Assembly (NCBI GenBank): GCA_963797555.1
Contig: CAWCPV010000019.1
Coordinates: 11,117 to 75,116 of the forward strand
From: an uncultured Gammaproteobacteria bacterium
GTDB lineage: Bacteria > Pseudomonadota > Gammaproteobacteria > CAWCPV01
Direction: 5' to 3'
DNA length: 64,000 nt
The position numbers and the translations under genes are program-made. The stretch's first letter is position 1; every line of letters starts with the position of its first letter. The notes under the pieces were generated by a model. The model was given only the letters and a program-made list of their open reading frames with translations. It searched no databases and was not told the DNA's origin. Shown here piece after piece: positions 21,557 through 31,884 of this stretch.

Positions 21557-21723
21557 TCAGAGGCTCCGTACCCGCTATCGAGATCCACTCCTCGACCTCT
21601 GCGTGTTCCTTGCGCAGCATGTGCTCGGCTTGCAGCCGATCCAGCAAGCAGCCGAATTGCTCCAACGATATTAGGATGTCCTAATATGCACCCAAATCCA
21701 ATTCTCCCTGACTTGGAGCCGGC

Positions 21724-24172
21724 TCAAGCCGATGCGAAAACAGGGTGGCTGAGGATGTCCGCTACCCTCGCATCCCAGGAGTTCTCCTTCGCCAGAGCGA
21801 TGCGACGCGCCCGCAGGTCCTCCCGGTCCTTGGTTTGCAGCGCCTGCTCTAGCTTCGCCAGGAATTCCTCACGGTTCAGGGCAATGTAACAATCGTTTTG
21901 GTAAGGCAAGAGCTCCGGAAGATCCACGGCAACCACCGGCTTGCCACTGCTCAGGTATTCGTAAAATTTGACCGGGTTGGTGGCCAGGGTCAGCGGCATG
22001 ATCTTGAAGGGGATGGTGCACACGTCGAAATAGGCGAGATAACCAGGTAACTCCCGATAAGGTTTCTCGCCTAGAAACAGGACGTTGGGTAACTGCTGCG
22101 TGGCGGAAACATCGCAGCCGTGAATCTCGCCGATGAGCAGGAAAAACCAGGTGGGGCGCTCGCGCGCGCAGTAGATCACGAGATCCAGGTCGAACCAGTC
22201 GGAGATGGCGCCGTAGTACCCGATGATGGGATGCCCGCGCAGGTGGTCCAGCTCCCCGTTGGGTAGGGGCTGGTGGAAGTGCTCGAATTCCGTCCCGTTC
22301 ATCACCAGCAGGGTGTTCTCGTTGAAAGCCCTTGCCTTTTCCATCAGCAGATGCGAGGACGTGATCACCAAGTCCGAGCGCTCTATCAGTTCTTCCTCGG
22401 CCTTGATCGCCGACCGAGTATTGGTGCTGAATCCCCCGTGATCGTCCATGCAATCGAACACCAGCCTGCCGCCGAAACGCTCGCGCAGCCGCAGGGCCAG
22501 GGGCGCCCAGCCGGGGAACTGCACCAGAAACACGATGTCCCGCGGCTGCGCCATGTCGAGCACCGCGGACATGCCGAGCACCAAGTTGTCCAGGTCGTGC
22601 CCGCTCAGGGCATCCTTATAGAGGTTCAGGCTGCCCTTGGTGTACAGCCAAACCTGGGTGACGTGTTCGGCGAGCTCGTTGAATCCAACGTCCCTGGCCG
22701 CGTGTTGCGCCGAACGGTAGGCCATGCCCTTGCTGAACAATCCCATGGCCAAGTACAGCACGGAGTAACCCCGCGCGGGCAGGCGCGACACAATCTGCTG
22801 CGGGCGCTGCCAGCGGAATTCCCAGTTGATGATGGGAAACACTACCACCAGGCGGCCGTCTTTCTCCGCCACCCGATCCCTGATCGGGGCGAAGTGCTGG
22901 ATGGTCGGCGCGGGGCGGCTGTCGGGTCTGAGCCAGGGATCGAACAGGGGCGCGGCGAGGAAACGGTTCACCGCGTCTCTGGCCCTCAATTCCAGCTCCA
23001 TCAGGAGCTTGGCCGGGCGCATCACGAAGCTGCGCTCGATGGTCTGAAGGCGCTGGTTCATGCCATGGGCCCAGTCCGAGATTTCCATCAGCTTCTGGTG
23101 CTGCTGGGCGTAATTGGCTTGCAGCCGCTTGTTGTCCCGCTCGGCCGCGGTAAGGTGGGACTTGAGTCTCCGTGGCCCAAGCGGACAGCTTCATCAGCTC
23201 CGTTCGCTGGGCGACAAACTGATCCATGTGCGCTTTTAGCTCTGTCGCCCAGTCCGTGGTCCTCAATAGCTCCGCCTGCTTGTCCTCCAATGCCTTATAA
23301 AATTTCTGGCTCTCGCGCAGCTTGTGCGCTAGCGAGACCGGCAAAAGCAGTGCGTCCAGGCATCCGTAGACGCCGTCCAAAACGTCCGAATCGAGGGACT
23401 CGCCGTTGGCGGCACCCCACATCACACGGGCGACCTTTTCGAAAAAGCTCGCGGGCACCGCGGCCGACAGGTCCGTGGCCGGAGATTCGTGGTGCCGCAA
23501 GGACGGTTCCAGGAATTCGACTATCTGGCGTTCCGCCTCGGCATACTCCCGCACCCAGGCGATGCCCAGCTCGTCGGCCACCCGCGCCAGACATGGTTCG
23601 GGCTGGGCGAGCAGATCCTCGTAGCGCACGAACACCCGCGGCAGACCACGGGTGTGGCGCTCCGCTTCCAGCGTGTAAATCAACCACAGCCATAAACTCT
23701 GCTCCGTGGACAGGCCGTTGCGCGCGCGCAGCGATGCGGCAATCTCCAACGGGTGGCGCAACGTCAACACGCACTTGGGCGCGGCACCGAGCTCGTCGAA
23801 GATGCCGCGCCAGAGGGGAAAAAGGCGGCTGAGGCGTGGGTCTTTGAAGCCCCAAAGAGATCCGGGGGCGGCGAGCGACTGGGCGATCTCCTTCAGCCGC
23901 TCCCGGTACTCCAGGGCCGCGGCGGCCTGCTCCCATCCGGCGGGCAACATCCCCGGATAGTCCCAGGTCAGCCCCAAGGCGTTGAGCAGTTTCTCTTGGG
24001 TCTCGGTAATGCGCAGATCCTCGAAGAAACCCTTGGGGTTGTCGGTTAGCGCCGGCGCCAGGTGGTCGCCGAAGTCGATTCCCATCAGTCGGCAGACGCC
24101 GGCCATGGCAGAGGTCCCGCTGCGGTGCATGCCGAGAACGAGCAGTACCGCATTCTTCGCTAGTCCAGTCAT
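21724..24172 (-). CDS. Sulfotransferase-family + helical linker + GT-B glycosyltransferase fusion (single +1 frameshift at ~23167)
   Basis: N-terminal VLGMHRSGTS, NPKGFFED, FKDPR, LRHPLE; C-terminal WQRPQQ, FDCMDDH, IGYYGAI, NPVKFYEYLSSGKPVV; removing one A gives continuous WATELKSHL...KLMEISDW. Confidence 0.8.
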
Positions 24173-24499
24173 TCCTACTGTCATTAGCCCAGTTGGCCAC
24201 AAAGTCACGCCGCAAACGCCATTTTTGGGGAGCCCATGAGCATTGCGTCCCGTCAAGGACCACCGGCCTTCCGAAAGCTCCGACGGTCCTTGCCCCGTAC
24301 CGACATCTGTCGACAGGCGCGCACCAGGGCTCCTGCATCGGACCGGTCAAATTTATACGAATCGAGCAGCCAGCCGATTGCAACGTCCTCGCATGGTCCC
24401 GCGGCAGGGCGGTATGGTCAAACCGCCCGTCGCCCTTTGACAAAGTGGTGCAGGACACTTGCAGGGGCTCACTATAGTATCATTTGGTCAAATGGGCGG

Positions 24500-25470
24500 C
24501 GTTGGGAGGCGGGCGCGATGAGCCGCGCGTCGGGCCAGCGCACGTGGTGTGGGGCACGACGGGACCAAACAGTTTATGCGGAAGGCGGGTGGACGATGCG
24601 CCAACGGGTATCGGCAACCGGCACACTTGGCGGGAGCTGGACGCTGCAGTAGACGGCGGCGAGCGTCACGAGATCCCGGGATTGGAACTCATCCGGCTGG
24701 AGACCGCCGACCGCGTAGTACGGGCCACCCTGCGCCCGCAAAGCGATGACCAGCCCGTCGCGAGCCAGCTCCTTTACTTGATCGACGACGCCGCGTGGCA
24801 GAATAACCTCCGGTGCCAACTTTGTACCCTTTGGCTGGGATGCAGCAAGCCGTGCACAGCACCTGGGCCGGGTGCTGAACCAGGCGCGGTTTCTCCTCCT
24901 GCCCTGGGTGCGGGTGGCGAACCTGGCCTCCAAGGTCCTCCGGCTGGCCGCGCGGCAGGTGCCGGGCGAGTTCGATCTGCTCTATGGGATGCGCCCGGTG
25001 CTGCTGGAGACCTTCGTCGAGGCCGGCCGGTTCGCGGGCACCTGTTATCGGGCGGCCAACTGGTGTTGTCTGGGGCAGACCACCGGGCGGGGCAAGCTCG
25101 ACGGTGAGGCGCTGCCCATCAAGGATGTGTATGTCTATCCGCTGGACCGGGCGCGACGCACCTTGGAGAAGCTCGGAGCCCCTCCCATGGAGAGCATTCC
25201 GGCCGCCTGTGGCGGCTGGGCCGAGACCCTGGCGGCCTATCGGCTGTTCGACCACTCCCGGGTGACCGCCCAGACGGTGCTCGAGCCCCATTACGCCTGC
25301 ACCGAGCAGCGTATGCACGCCCATCCTCGGGTGCTATGCATCCAAGACACCACGGAAGGGGACTACACCGGCAAGAACGACATCGCCGGGCTGGGCCCGC
25401 TCAACTACGAGACCCGCCGCGGATTGTATCTGCACCCCACCCTCGCCGTGACCCCCGACCGGGTGCCCTG
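24500..25470 (+). pseudogene. DUF4338 (DruA-like) fragment joined to an IS4-family transposase N-terminal fragment
   Basis: NQARFLLLPWVRVANLASKVL..PVLLETFVE...GTCYRAANW..LGQTTGRG, then SIPAACGGWAETLAAYRLF..VLCIQDTTE.DY. Confidence 0.75.
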
Positions 25471-25786
25471 CAGTCATTCACTAATGTTCAGGCCTCCGGG
25501 TTTGCTCGCCACCCAGGTCGTTCTGCAGCGTAGCCTACGGGTCAAGCTCCTGGGCCGCCGCGGTAAGGTTCGGTGGGCGACCCAATGCTTTCGCACTGGC
25601 CCTCAGTCCGACTCCCATTGCAACGGCGCAGCGCCTGCCCCCTACGCCGGGCAGCCGTGGCTTTTACGTCCACGCCTATCTCGGCCTGTTACCTCGCCGA
25701 GCAGTGGATATGCTGGCCGTCTGAATCGAGCAATTGACGGCAGAGGGACTTGCACCCTCCAAGACTCGCGGCCCTGCTGGCCGCCC
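25470..25786 (-). mobile_element. Probable 5' fragment of a group II intron RNA (no RT ORF)
   Basis: Minus strand begins GGGCGGCCAGCAGGGCCG..GAGGGTGCAAGTCCCTCTGCCGTCAATTG, resembling bacterial group II intron domain I starts; recognised from memory. Confidence 0.5.
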
Positions 25787-25788
25787 CC

Positions 25789-26320
25789 AGGAAATTCAAC
25801 CGCATCTGGCGTGGGCGGAAGCTATAGTCCCCGCGCGGGCAGCGGTCAAGGTTCGGGCAGGTTCGGCGCAGGGGGGCCGGTCCGCAGGGCGGGATTTGAC
25901 TTCCGGAGGCTGGCCGAGCCGGCCCAAGGAGGGTGGCTCGGGGTTGCGGTGGCGGGTTTCCCGGCGAGCTGCACCAACGCTGCCGTTCCCGTTGGGGAGA
26001 AGCTCCGTTGCGGGGTTTTACCAGCTCAGGGGCTGGTCGAATTTGAAGGCCGGCGCCGGCTCGGTGGCTTCGGGGTCGAAGGCCCGGCTCTGGTCGAAAC
26101 ACTCTTCCCACTCTGGCGGGCCCCGCGCGGGGGAGGCTGGCGGCGGCTGGGTCGGTTCCCCGAGGTGCTGGAGAATGCGGGTCACCGAGGCCGTATCGGT
26201 GACGAAGGAGATGATCCGCATCGGGGCCCCACAGTGCGGACAGGCCAGCGGAAAGATTCTCGCCAGCAGCATCGCCCACAGGGAGGTGACATACGATCGG
26301 TGCACCGTCTCTGCGGCACG
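25789..26320 (-). mobile_element. IS91/ISCR-family transposase C-terminal remnant with oriIS
   Basis: WAMLLARIFPLACPHCGAPMRIISFVT..RILQHLGEP..PPPASPARGPP, followed by GCGGTTGAATTTCCT (oriIS-like, truncated). Confidence 0.78.
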
Positions 26321-26399
26321 GTCCTGCGTGCTCGCCGCCGGGCTGCCTGGCGGCAGGCAGCAATGCAACAACTGATGCAGAAACATCAGGCAATGTCTC

Positions 26400-26448
26400 T
26401 TTTTTTTTTACCTGGCGGATTGACAGAGCCTCCTGACAAGGCTATATT
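26400..26448 (+). promoter_or_regulatory. Near-consensus sigma70 promoter with T-tract (UP-like) for the surface protein gene
   Basis: T10 run at 26400-26409; TTGACA (26420-26425), 17 bp spacer, TATATT (26443-26448). Confidence 0.75.
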
Positions 26449-26581
26449 GCAACTCGGCAAAGCGCAGGTTCGGTCGGGGGAGGTGAGCAAGGACCAAACC
26501 CTTCTGGTGCCGCTCATAGTGGATGCCGAGAACCTGCAAGCCAGGCTAATTTCTACTGATCCTAATAAGGAGTCTGCCATC

Positions 26582-28267
26582 ATGAATCGAGCTTCAGGCA
26601 TCACTCTGTTCTCTGCCATCGCGGCGAGCTTGGGGAGCATGGGCACCTCGCTCCATGCAACGCGTAAATCCCGGGCCGGCCTGGCGGTTGCGGCCGTTCT
26701 TGGCGCCTCCGTCCTGACCCCCTCCGCATCGTTTGGGTATGCGGTGAATGTAACTCCGCCAGGTACGCTCGTCACCCCCAGCGGTGGCGACACCCTGGTG
26801 TACCCCATCTACACCACGGCGACGGGCATGGTGAATGGTGCCGCCACCAGCGCCACCACCTCGTTTTCGGTGACCAACACCAGTAGCGGCCCATGGGTAG
26901 CTCTACCTAACGCACATGGCGGCCAGACCATCGCGGCGAAGATCCGCTTCCGCGAGCAAGACCACTCGATGGACGTGCTGGACTTCGTCGTGGTCCTGTC
27001 GCCGACCGACAAGTTCGATTTCACGGTGGCGGCCGGCAATCCCCGCCCGCTGATGAGCTGGAATGACAATAGCTGCGTGATCGGCCCCATTCAGCCGGCT
27101 CCCGGCACCACCGGGTCGGTGATGTTCCAGAGCTCGCCGTTCGTCCCGACCAACGAGCAGATGTCGGTCGGTCACTTGGAGGTGCTCGGTATGGCGGATG
27201 TGAGCCAAGTCTGCGTCAATCCCAGCACGGGCGCCTGGGCAAGTAATTCTGCGCAGAGTCTAGGAGGATGCGCACCGGGCACCGCAAGTCTGGCCGCCGC
27301 CGCCACGCACGTGAATGGCGTGCCCCCCAATTGTGCCCTTCTGGGGAAGGTCTTTGTGAGCGCGGCCAATGTACAATCCATCAATGCTGGTGGTGGTTGG
27401 ACAGATGTGGACAATGTTCTGGTCGGCCGTTACGCCATCACGATTCCCAATGAGGGGCTCGAAGGCCAAAGTGACGCCATTGCGATCCAGAATTCAGACC
27501 TGACCTCCACCGCCGCGGGGGCTACTCCGACGCTGGTCACCTCGCAAAGCCCCCAGCTGTGCACTGCTACTGCTCCCGCCAACTGTACTGCGAACTACGC
27601 GTGGGATACGAAAAACTGGGATCACCCCCACCTCGCCGATATGGTCAACTTGGCCAGCTTCCAGGCGGCGTTGACTACAGCGGCCATCACGGGCGACTGG
27701 TCGAACAACCCGGTCAATCATGTGGGCGTCGACTGGGTGCTCAGCTTCCCCGACAAATACGCCTATCTTGACTTCCCCAGCGCGCCTGCCGGTAACACTG
27801 CCGGTTGCAAACCGAATCAATGGTGTTTGCTGATGAACACAAGCAGTGGTCATGGCACGAATGCGCTGTGGACCGCTGCCAATAGCCCCGCTCAAGATAG
27901 TAGCGACAGTACCCATGCCCTGTGCCTCACTGACAACGGCATCCAAGCCTATGACAAAGATGAAAATGCCTCTTCCGGGGTTCTCATGGTGTCACCGGGC
28001 AGCTTAACTCAGTTCGATGTCTGTCCGGAGTTGAGTGTCTTTACCCTGGCCGCGACCGGCCAAACCCCGATCCCGTCGGTGATTCAAACCGCCGCCCGGC
28101 GTCAGACTATTGAGTTCCAGAACCTCGATGCGCCCCGCGGCTGGGCCTACCTGCCCCTCAGTTGGAATCTACCTGGTGATGCGGTGACGGGCATCCTCTG
28201 GACCATTCGGGCCACGGAGAATCCGACCATTAACAACGGCTCCATCAGCGAGCTGCAGAAGTTCTGA
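26582..28267 (+). CDS. Secreted cell-surface / putative S-layer protein (561 aa)
   Basis: SD TAAGGAG; long N-terminal signal region; GDTLVYPIYTT..SVTNTS..AAKIRFRE..SMDVLDFVVVLSP.D motif like proteobacterial major surface proteins; rich in T/S/A/G/N, about 10 Cys; own promoter and terminator. Confidence 0.7.
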   Translation: MNRASGITLFSAIAASLGSMGTSLHATRKSRAGLAVAAVLGASVLTPSASFGYAVNVTPPGTLVTPSGGDTLVYPIYTTATGMVNGAATSATTSFSVTNTSSGPWVALPNAHGGQTIAAKIRFREQDHSMDVLDFVVVLSPTDKFDFTVAAGNPRPLMSWNDNSCVIGPIQPAPGTTGSVMFQSSPFVPTNEQMSVGHLEVLGMADVSQVCVNPSTGAWASNSAQSLGGCAPGTASLAAAATHVNGVPPNCALLGKVFVSAANVQSINAGGGWTDVDNVLVGRYAITIPNEGLEGQSDAIAIQNSDLTSTAAGATPTLVTSQSPQLCTATAPANCTANYAWDTKNWDHPHLADMVNLASFQAALTTAAITGDWSNNPVNHVGVDWVLSFPDKYAYLDFPSAPAGNTAGCKPNQWCLLMNTSSGHGTNALWTAANSPAQDSSDSTHALCLTDNGIQAYDKDENASSGVLMVSPGSLTQFDVCPELSVFTLAATGQTPIPSVIQTAARRQTIEFQNLDAPRGWAYLPLSWNLPGDAVTGILWTIRATENPTINNGSISELQKF

Positions 28268-28293
28268 ATCCCCTTGCAGATCGAAGACTAGAA

Positions 28294-28317
28294 AGAGGGC
28301 GCCTGCGGGCGCCCTCT
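28294..28317 (+). terminator. Intrinsic terminator hairpin
   Basis: AGAGGGCGCC-TGCG-GGCGCCCTCT followed by TCATTCTT. Confidence 0.75.
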
Positions 28318-28358
28318 TCATTCTTGGCCAATCGCACCGGCTTCGCGATTGGATGGAT

Positions 28359-29726
28359 ATGCACCCCTCTTCCTTGGACAACATGCAGACCTGCTATCAG
28401 CGCTATGTCGTGCCCTCGGGACTGGCGGCCCGGGCGGGGGTGGCGATCCTGGATCTCGCCGGCGCCGACGTTAACGGCAGCTACCGGCCGATCTTCGCCG
28501 GGCCCCAGTTTGCGTATCGCACCGCGGATATCGCCGCGGGGTTGGGCGTCGATCTGGTCCTGGAGGAGACCCCTACCGCATCCCCCTGCCCGACGCCTCC
28601 ATGGACATCGTCCTGTCCGGAGAGATGCTGGAGCACTGCGAGTTTTTCTGGCTGACGTTCCAGGAAAACGGTACGGGTGCTGAAACCCGATGGGTTCATC
28701 TTTCTCATCGCCCCCTCCGCAGGTCCCATCCATCGCTACCCGGTGGATTGTTATCGCTTCTATCCCGACGCTTACGCGGCGCTGGCCAAGTATGCCGGTT
28801 GCCATTTGCACGAGGTGTGGCGAGATGAACGGGGTCCCTGGCAGGATCTGGTCGGGGTGTTTGGCAAGCGCCCGCTCCCGCCTGCCGTGGCGGACGCCGC
28901 CTCGTCTTTAGGCGCAGGAACGCCTGCTGGCCGCTCCGGCACCGATCGACTCGCGCCCCGAGGAGGAACTGATCGCCGGCCAAGCCGACTACCTGGAGGT
29001 GTTGGGGCGAATCCACCAGCGCTTGCAGCCGCGCCGCTATCTGGAGATCGGGGTGCGCCACGGCTGCAGCCTGGCCCTGGCCGCCTGCCCGGCGATCGGT
29101 GTCGATCCGGCGCCCGAGCTGGACAGACCGCTGGCGCCGACGACCCGGATCGTCACCGCGACCAGCGACCGGTTCTTCGAGGCCCAGGCTGCGGCCGTGC
29201 TGGAACAGCCCGTCGATCTCGTGTTCATCGACGGTATGCACCTGTTCGAGTTCGCCTTGCGAGATTTTATGAATGTGGAGCGCTGGGCGACGCCGACCAC
29301 TCTGGTGGTCATCGACGACATCTTTCCCAACCACCCGCGCCAGGGGTTGCGCAACCGGACAACCCGGGTTTGGACCGGGGACGTGTGGCGGCTCCATCAG
29401 TGCCTGAGGGCGGAGCGACCGGACCTGGTCCTGCTGCCTCTCGACACCCGACCGACCGGACTGCTTTTGGTGGCGGGTCTCGATGCGCACCATCGGCTCC
29501 TGTGGGAGCGCTACAATCCGCTGGTGAGGCAGTACCGGGACCGGCAAGGAGAGGTCCCGCCCGATGACGTGCTGCGTCGGCGGGGGGCCATTGCCCCGGA
29601 CGCTGCGGTGGTGAATGAGCTGCTCGGGCTGCTGCGGGCGCTACGGGACGCTGCCCTGCCAGGGCCCGCCGTGGCGGCGAGCTGCGCGCCCTGCGGGCAG
29701 GCGGCCTCCTTGGAGCGGACCGATGA
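28359..29726 (+). CDS. Tandem SAM-dependent methyltransferase (two MTase domains; several frameshifts)
   Basis: ILDLAGADVNGSYR, DIVLSGEMLEHCEFFW, RVLKPDG..HRYPVDCYRFYPD; then YLEIGV..GCSL, DLVFIDGMHLFEFALRDF, WTGDVW. Confidence 0.72.
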
Positions 29727-30691
29727 GCGTGGGACGATGGTGGTGGCCGGCCCGCGGCGGGCCGCAGCGCGGCGTCTCCGCGGGCAGCCCTCGTCTCTCG
29801 GTGGTCATCGTGGCCTATAACATGGCGCGGGAACTGCCGCGAACCCTTCAATCCCTGGCGCCGGTCATGCAGCTTGGGATTCAGGCGAAAGAGTATGAGA
29901 TCATTGTGATGGACAATGGCTCCACCGTCGCCTGGGACGAGGGCGTCTGCCGCCGCTGGTGTCCGGACCTTCGGATCCAGCGGGTCGCCCGCCCGACGCC
30001 GTCGCCCGTCGCCGCCATCAACCAAGGGCTTGCTTTAACGTCCGGCGATCTCATCGGGGTGTGGATCGACGGTGCGCGGCTCGCTTCGCCAGGGCTCCTC
30101 GCGACCGCCTTGGCTGCCGCCCGGATGCATCAGCGCCCGGTCATCGGGACCATAGGTTTCCATCTCGGCCCGGATCTGCAGCGGCGATCGATCCAGTTGG
30201 GGTACAACCAGGCCCGGGAGGACGCCCTGCTGGCCTCGGTTCGCTGGGAGGAAGACGGCTATCGGCTATTCGGAATCGCCAGCTTCGGCGGCTCTTCGTC
30301 CGACGGCTGGTTCATGCCGATCGGCGAGAGCAATGCGCTTTTCTTGACGCGGGCGCTGTGGGCGGAGCTGGACGGCTACGAACCTCGCTTCCAGATGCCT
30401 GGGGGCGGCTTGGCCAATCTGGATGTCTGGCGACGGGCTTGCCTGGCCCCCGGAACCCAGGTAATCATTCTGTTGGGCGAGGGCACCTTCCATCAGATTC
30501 ACGGCGGTATGGCCACCAACGCGCCGCAGCCGATGTTTCCGGTCTTTCACGAGGAATACCTGGCGATTCGAGGCGAGCCTTTCGCACCGCCTCAGATCTC
30601 GCCCCTGTTCGTCGGCGGCGTGCCACCCGCTGCGCTGCCCAAGCTAGCTTGGTCCGCAGAGCATGCGCTCGCGCGCCTGGGCGGTGGATGA
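29723..30691 (+). CDS. Glycosyltransferase family 2
   Basis: LSVVIVAYNM.REL.RTL, YEIIVMDNGS, AINQGL, IDGAR. Confidence 0.82.
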   Translation: MSVGRWWWPARGGPQRGVSAGSPRLSVVIVAYNMARELPRTLQSLAPVMQLGIQAKEYEIIVMDNGSTVAWDEGVCRRWCPDLRIQRVARPTPSPVAAINQGLALTSGDLIGVWIDGARLASPGLLATALAAARMHQRPVIGTIGFHLGPDLQRRSIQLGYNQAREDALLASVRWEEDGYRLFGIASFGGSSSDGWFMPIGESNALFLTRALWAELDGYEPRFQMPGGGLANLDVWRRACLAPGTQVIILLGEGTFHQIHGGMATNAPQPMFPVFHEEYLAIRGEPFAPPQISPLFVGGVPPAALPKLAWSAEHALARLGGG

Positions 30692-31548
30692 GCATGTCTA
30701 GGCAGGCCCGCAGAGTCGCCCCGGTGGCGATTGGAGGCGTAGGTGGCAGTGGTACTCGGCTGATTGCCCAGCTCCTCATGGAGGTCGGCTTCTACCTGGG
30801 CGATGATCTAAACGAGGCGAACGACACGCTGTGGTTTACCTTGCTGTTCAAGCGGCCCGAGATCCTAAGGGTGGCTGAGTGTGAGTTTGCCCAGTCCCTC
30901 GATATTTTCATCGCCCGCATGACGGCCGGTGGGGCATGCTCGGCACACCAGGCGGCGCTGGTGCGTCGGCTCGCCGCATCAGACAGACCCCCGCAACATC
31001 CCTCGGATTGGTTGAGACTCCGGCCGATTCCCTGCTGGCCCCCCAGAAGGCATGCCTGGAAGCGTGTCTTTGGGGTCGGAAGGAGCCCAACACGCATGTG
31101 GTGATCGATCGTCTGATGCGGTTGATGCCGAAAATGAAGTATCTCCACGTGGCGCGCAATGGTTTGGATATGGCTTACAGCGCCAACCAAAATCAGCTCA
31201 AATTTTGGGGTGGGCATTTCATTGGGCCAGAGTGCGAGATGTCCCCCTATTATTCCTTGAAATACTGGCGCCTGATCCACCGGCGAGTGCTCGATCTCTG
31301 CATACCGATGGGCAAGCGATTCTTCTTTTCTCAATTACGATCGCTTTTGCTCGAATCCCTTGGCGGTGTTGCCAGGGCTGCTCGATTTCCTTGAGATCCG
31401 CGCTACGCCAGCCCTGGTCCAGAGGTTGGCGAGATTCGTGCAGCCACCCGCTTCGATGGGCCGCTTCAAGCGCTACGGACTCGATTCATTCGATCCAGAG
31501 GATATCGCATTCGTGAAACACCTTGGCTTCGATGTTCGGCTGGACTGA
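30688..31548 (+). CDS. Sulfotransferase-like protein (frameshifted)
   Basis: IGGVGGSGTRLIA, WGRKEPNTH, YLHVARNGLDMAYS across three frames. Confidence 0.7.
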
Positions 31549-31613
31549 GAATCTCGACTTCGGCCATTTTTGAGCCATTTAGGGTCCACTGTGCGGACCT
31601 TTTTCACTAACGG

Positions 31614-31880
31614 GTCAAAGCGCAATGCTGATATCAAACTGCGACTTAGCAACTGCACCGCTACGGTTGTAGAATTCGGCCCGGCAGTCTTCGTAAACCA
31701 GCCAGACTTCTGTCGCACCCCTGTCGAGATAAAGCCTGATCTTCTCCTGCATTTCTTCCTCCATGTTGGAGGGAGAAAGGATCTCTACGCAGATCTCCGG
31801 CGCCAGGCAACATCGGCAACCTTGACGCCTTTGTCCGTTTCAATAGAGCATTCCGTAATCGTCTCACCGTCGGGCAATTG
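31614..31880 (-). pseudogene. Uma2-family (DUF820) endonuclease fragment
   Basis: ECSIETDKGVKVADVAW then APEICVEILSPSN..EMQEKIRLYLDRGATEVWLV, with an internal deletion. Confidence 0.7.
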
Positions 31881-31884
31881 GCTC

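Larger units (their letters stand above)
13699..21693 (-). mobile_element. Degenerate ISKra4-family element split into three pieces (13699-14470, 17098-17354, 21557-21693) by nested insertions
   Basis: C-terminal GLPIATGVIEGACRHLVKNRMD and LDFVHVLEYLWRAA; middle LLQGNLDLRA...LFGEVTVQRMRY...LNLPADKHSHGL; N-terminal EQFGCLLDRL..EHAEVEEWI..GTE; ends GAGTGTAGCTCTTTT (13699) and GGGTGCA (21693). Confidence 0.72.

Noticed and set aside
24500-25150. Druantia anti-phage system
   Set aside because: Only a broken DUF4338 piece attached to an IS4 fragment; no DruE helicase or other partner genes.
24872-28267. 1131-aa ORF as a giant fusion protein
   Set aside because: It is a read-through across DUF4338, IS4, intron and antisense IS91 debris. 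The real gene has its own promoter and SD at 26582.
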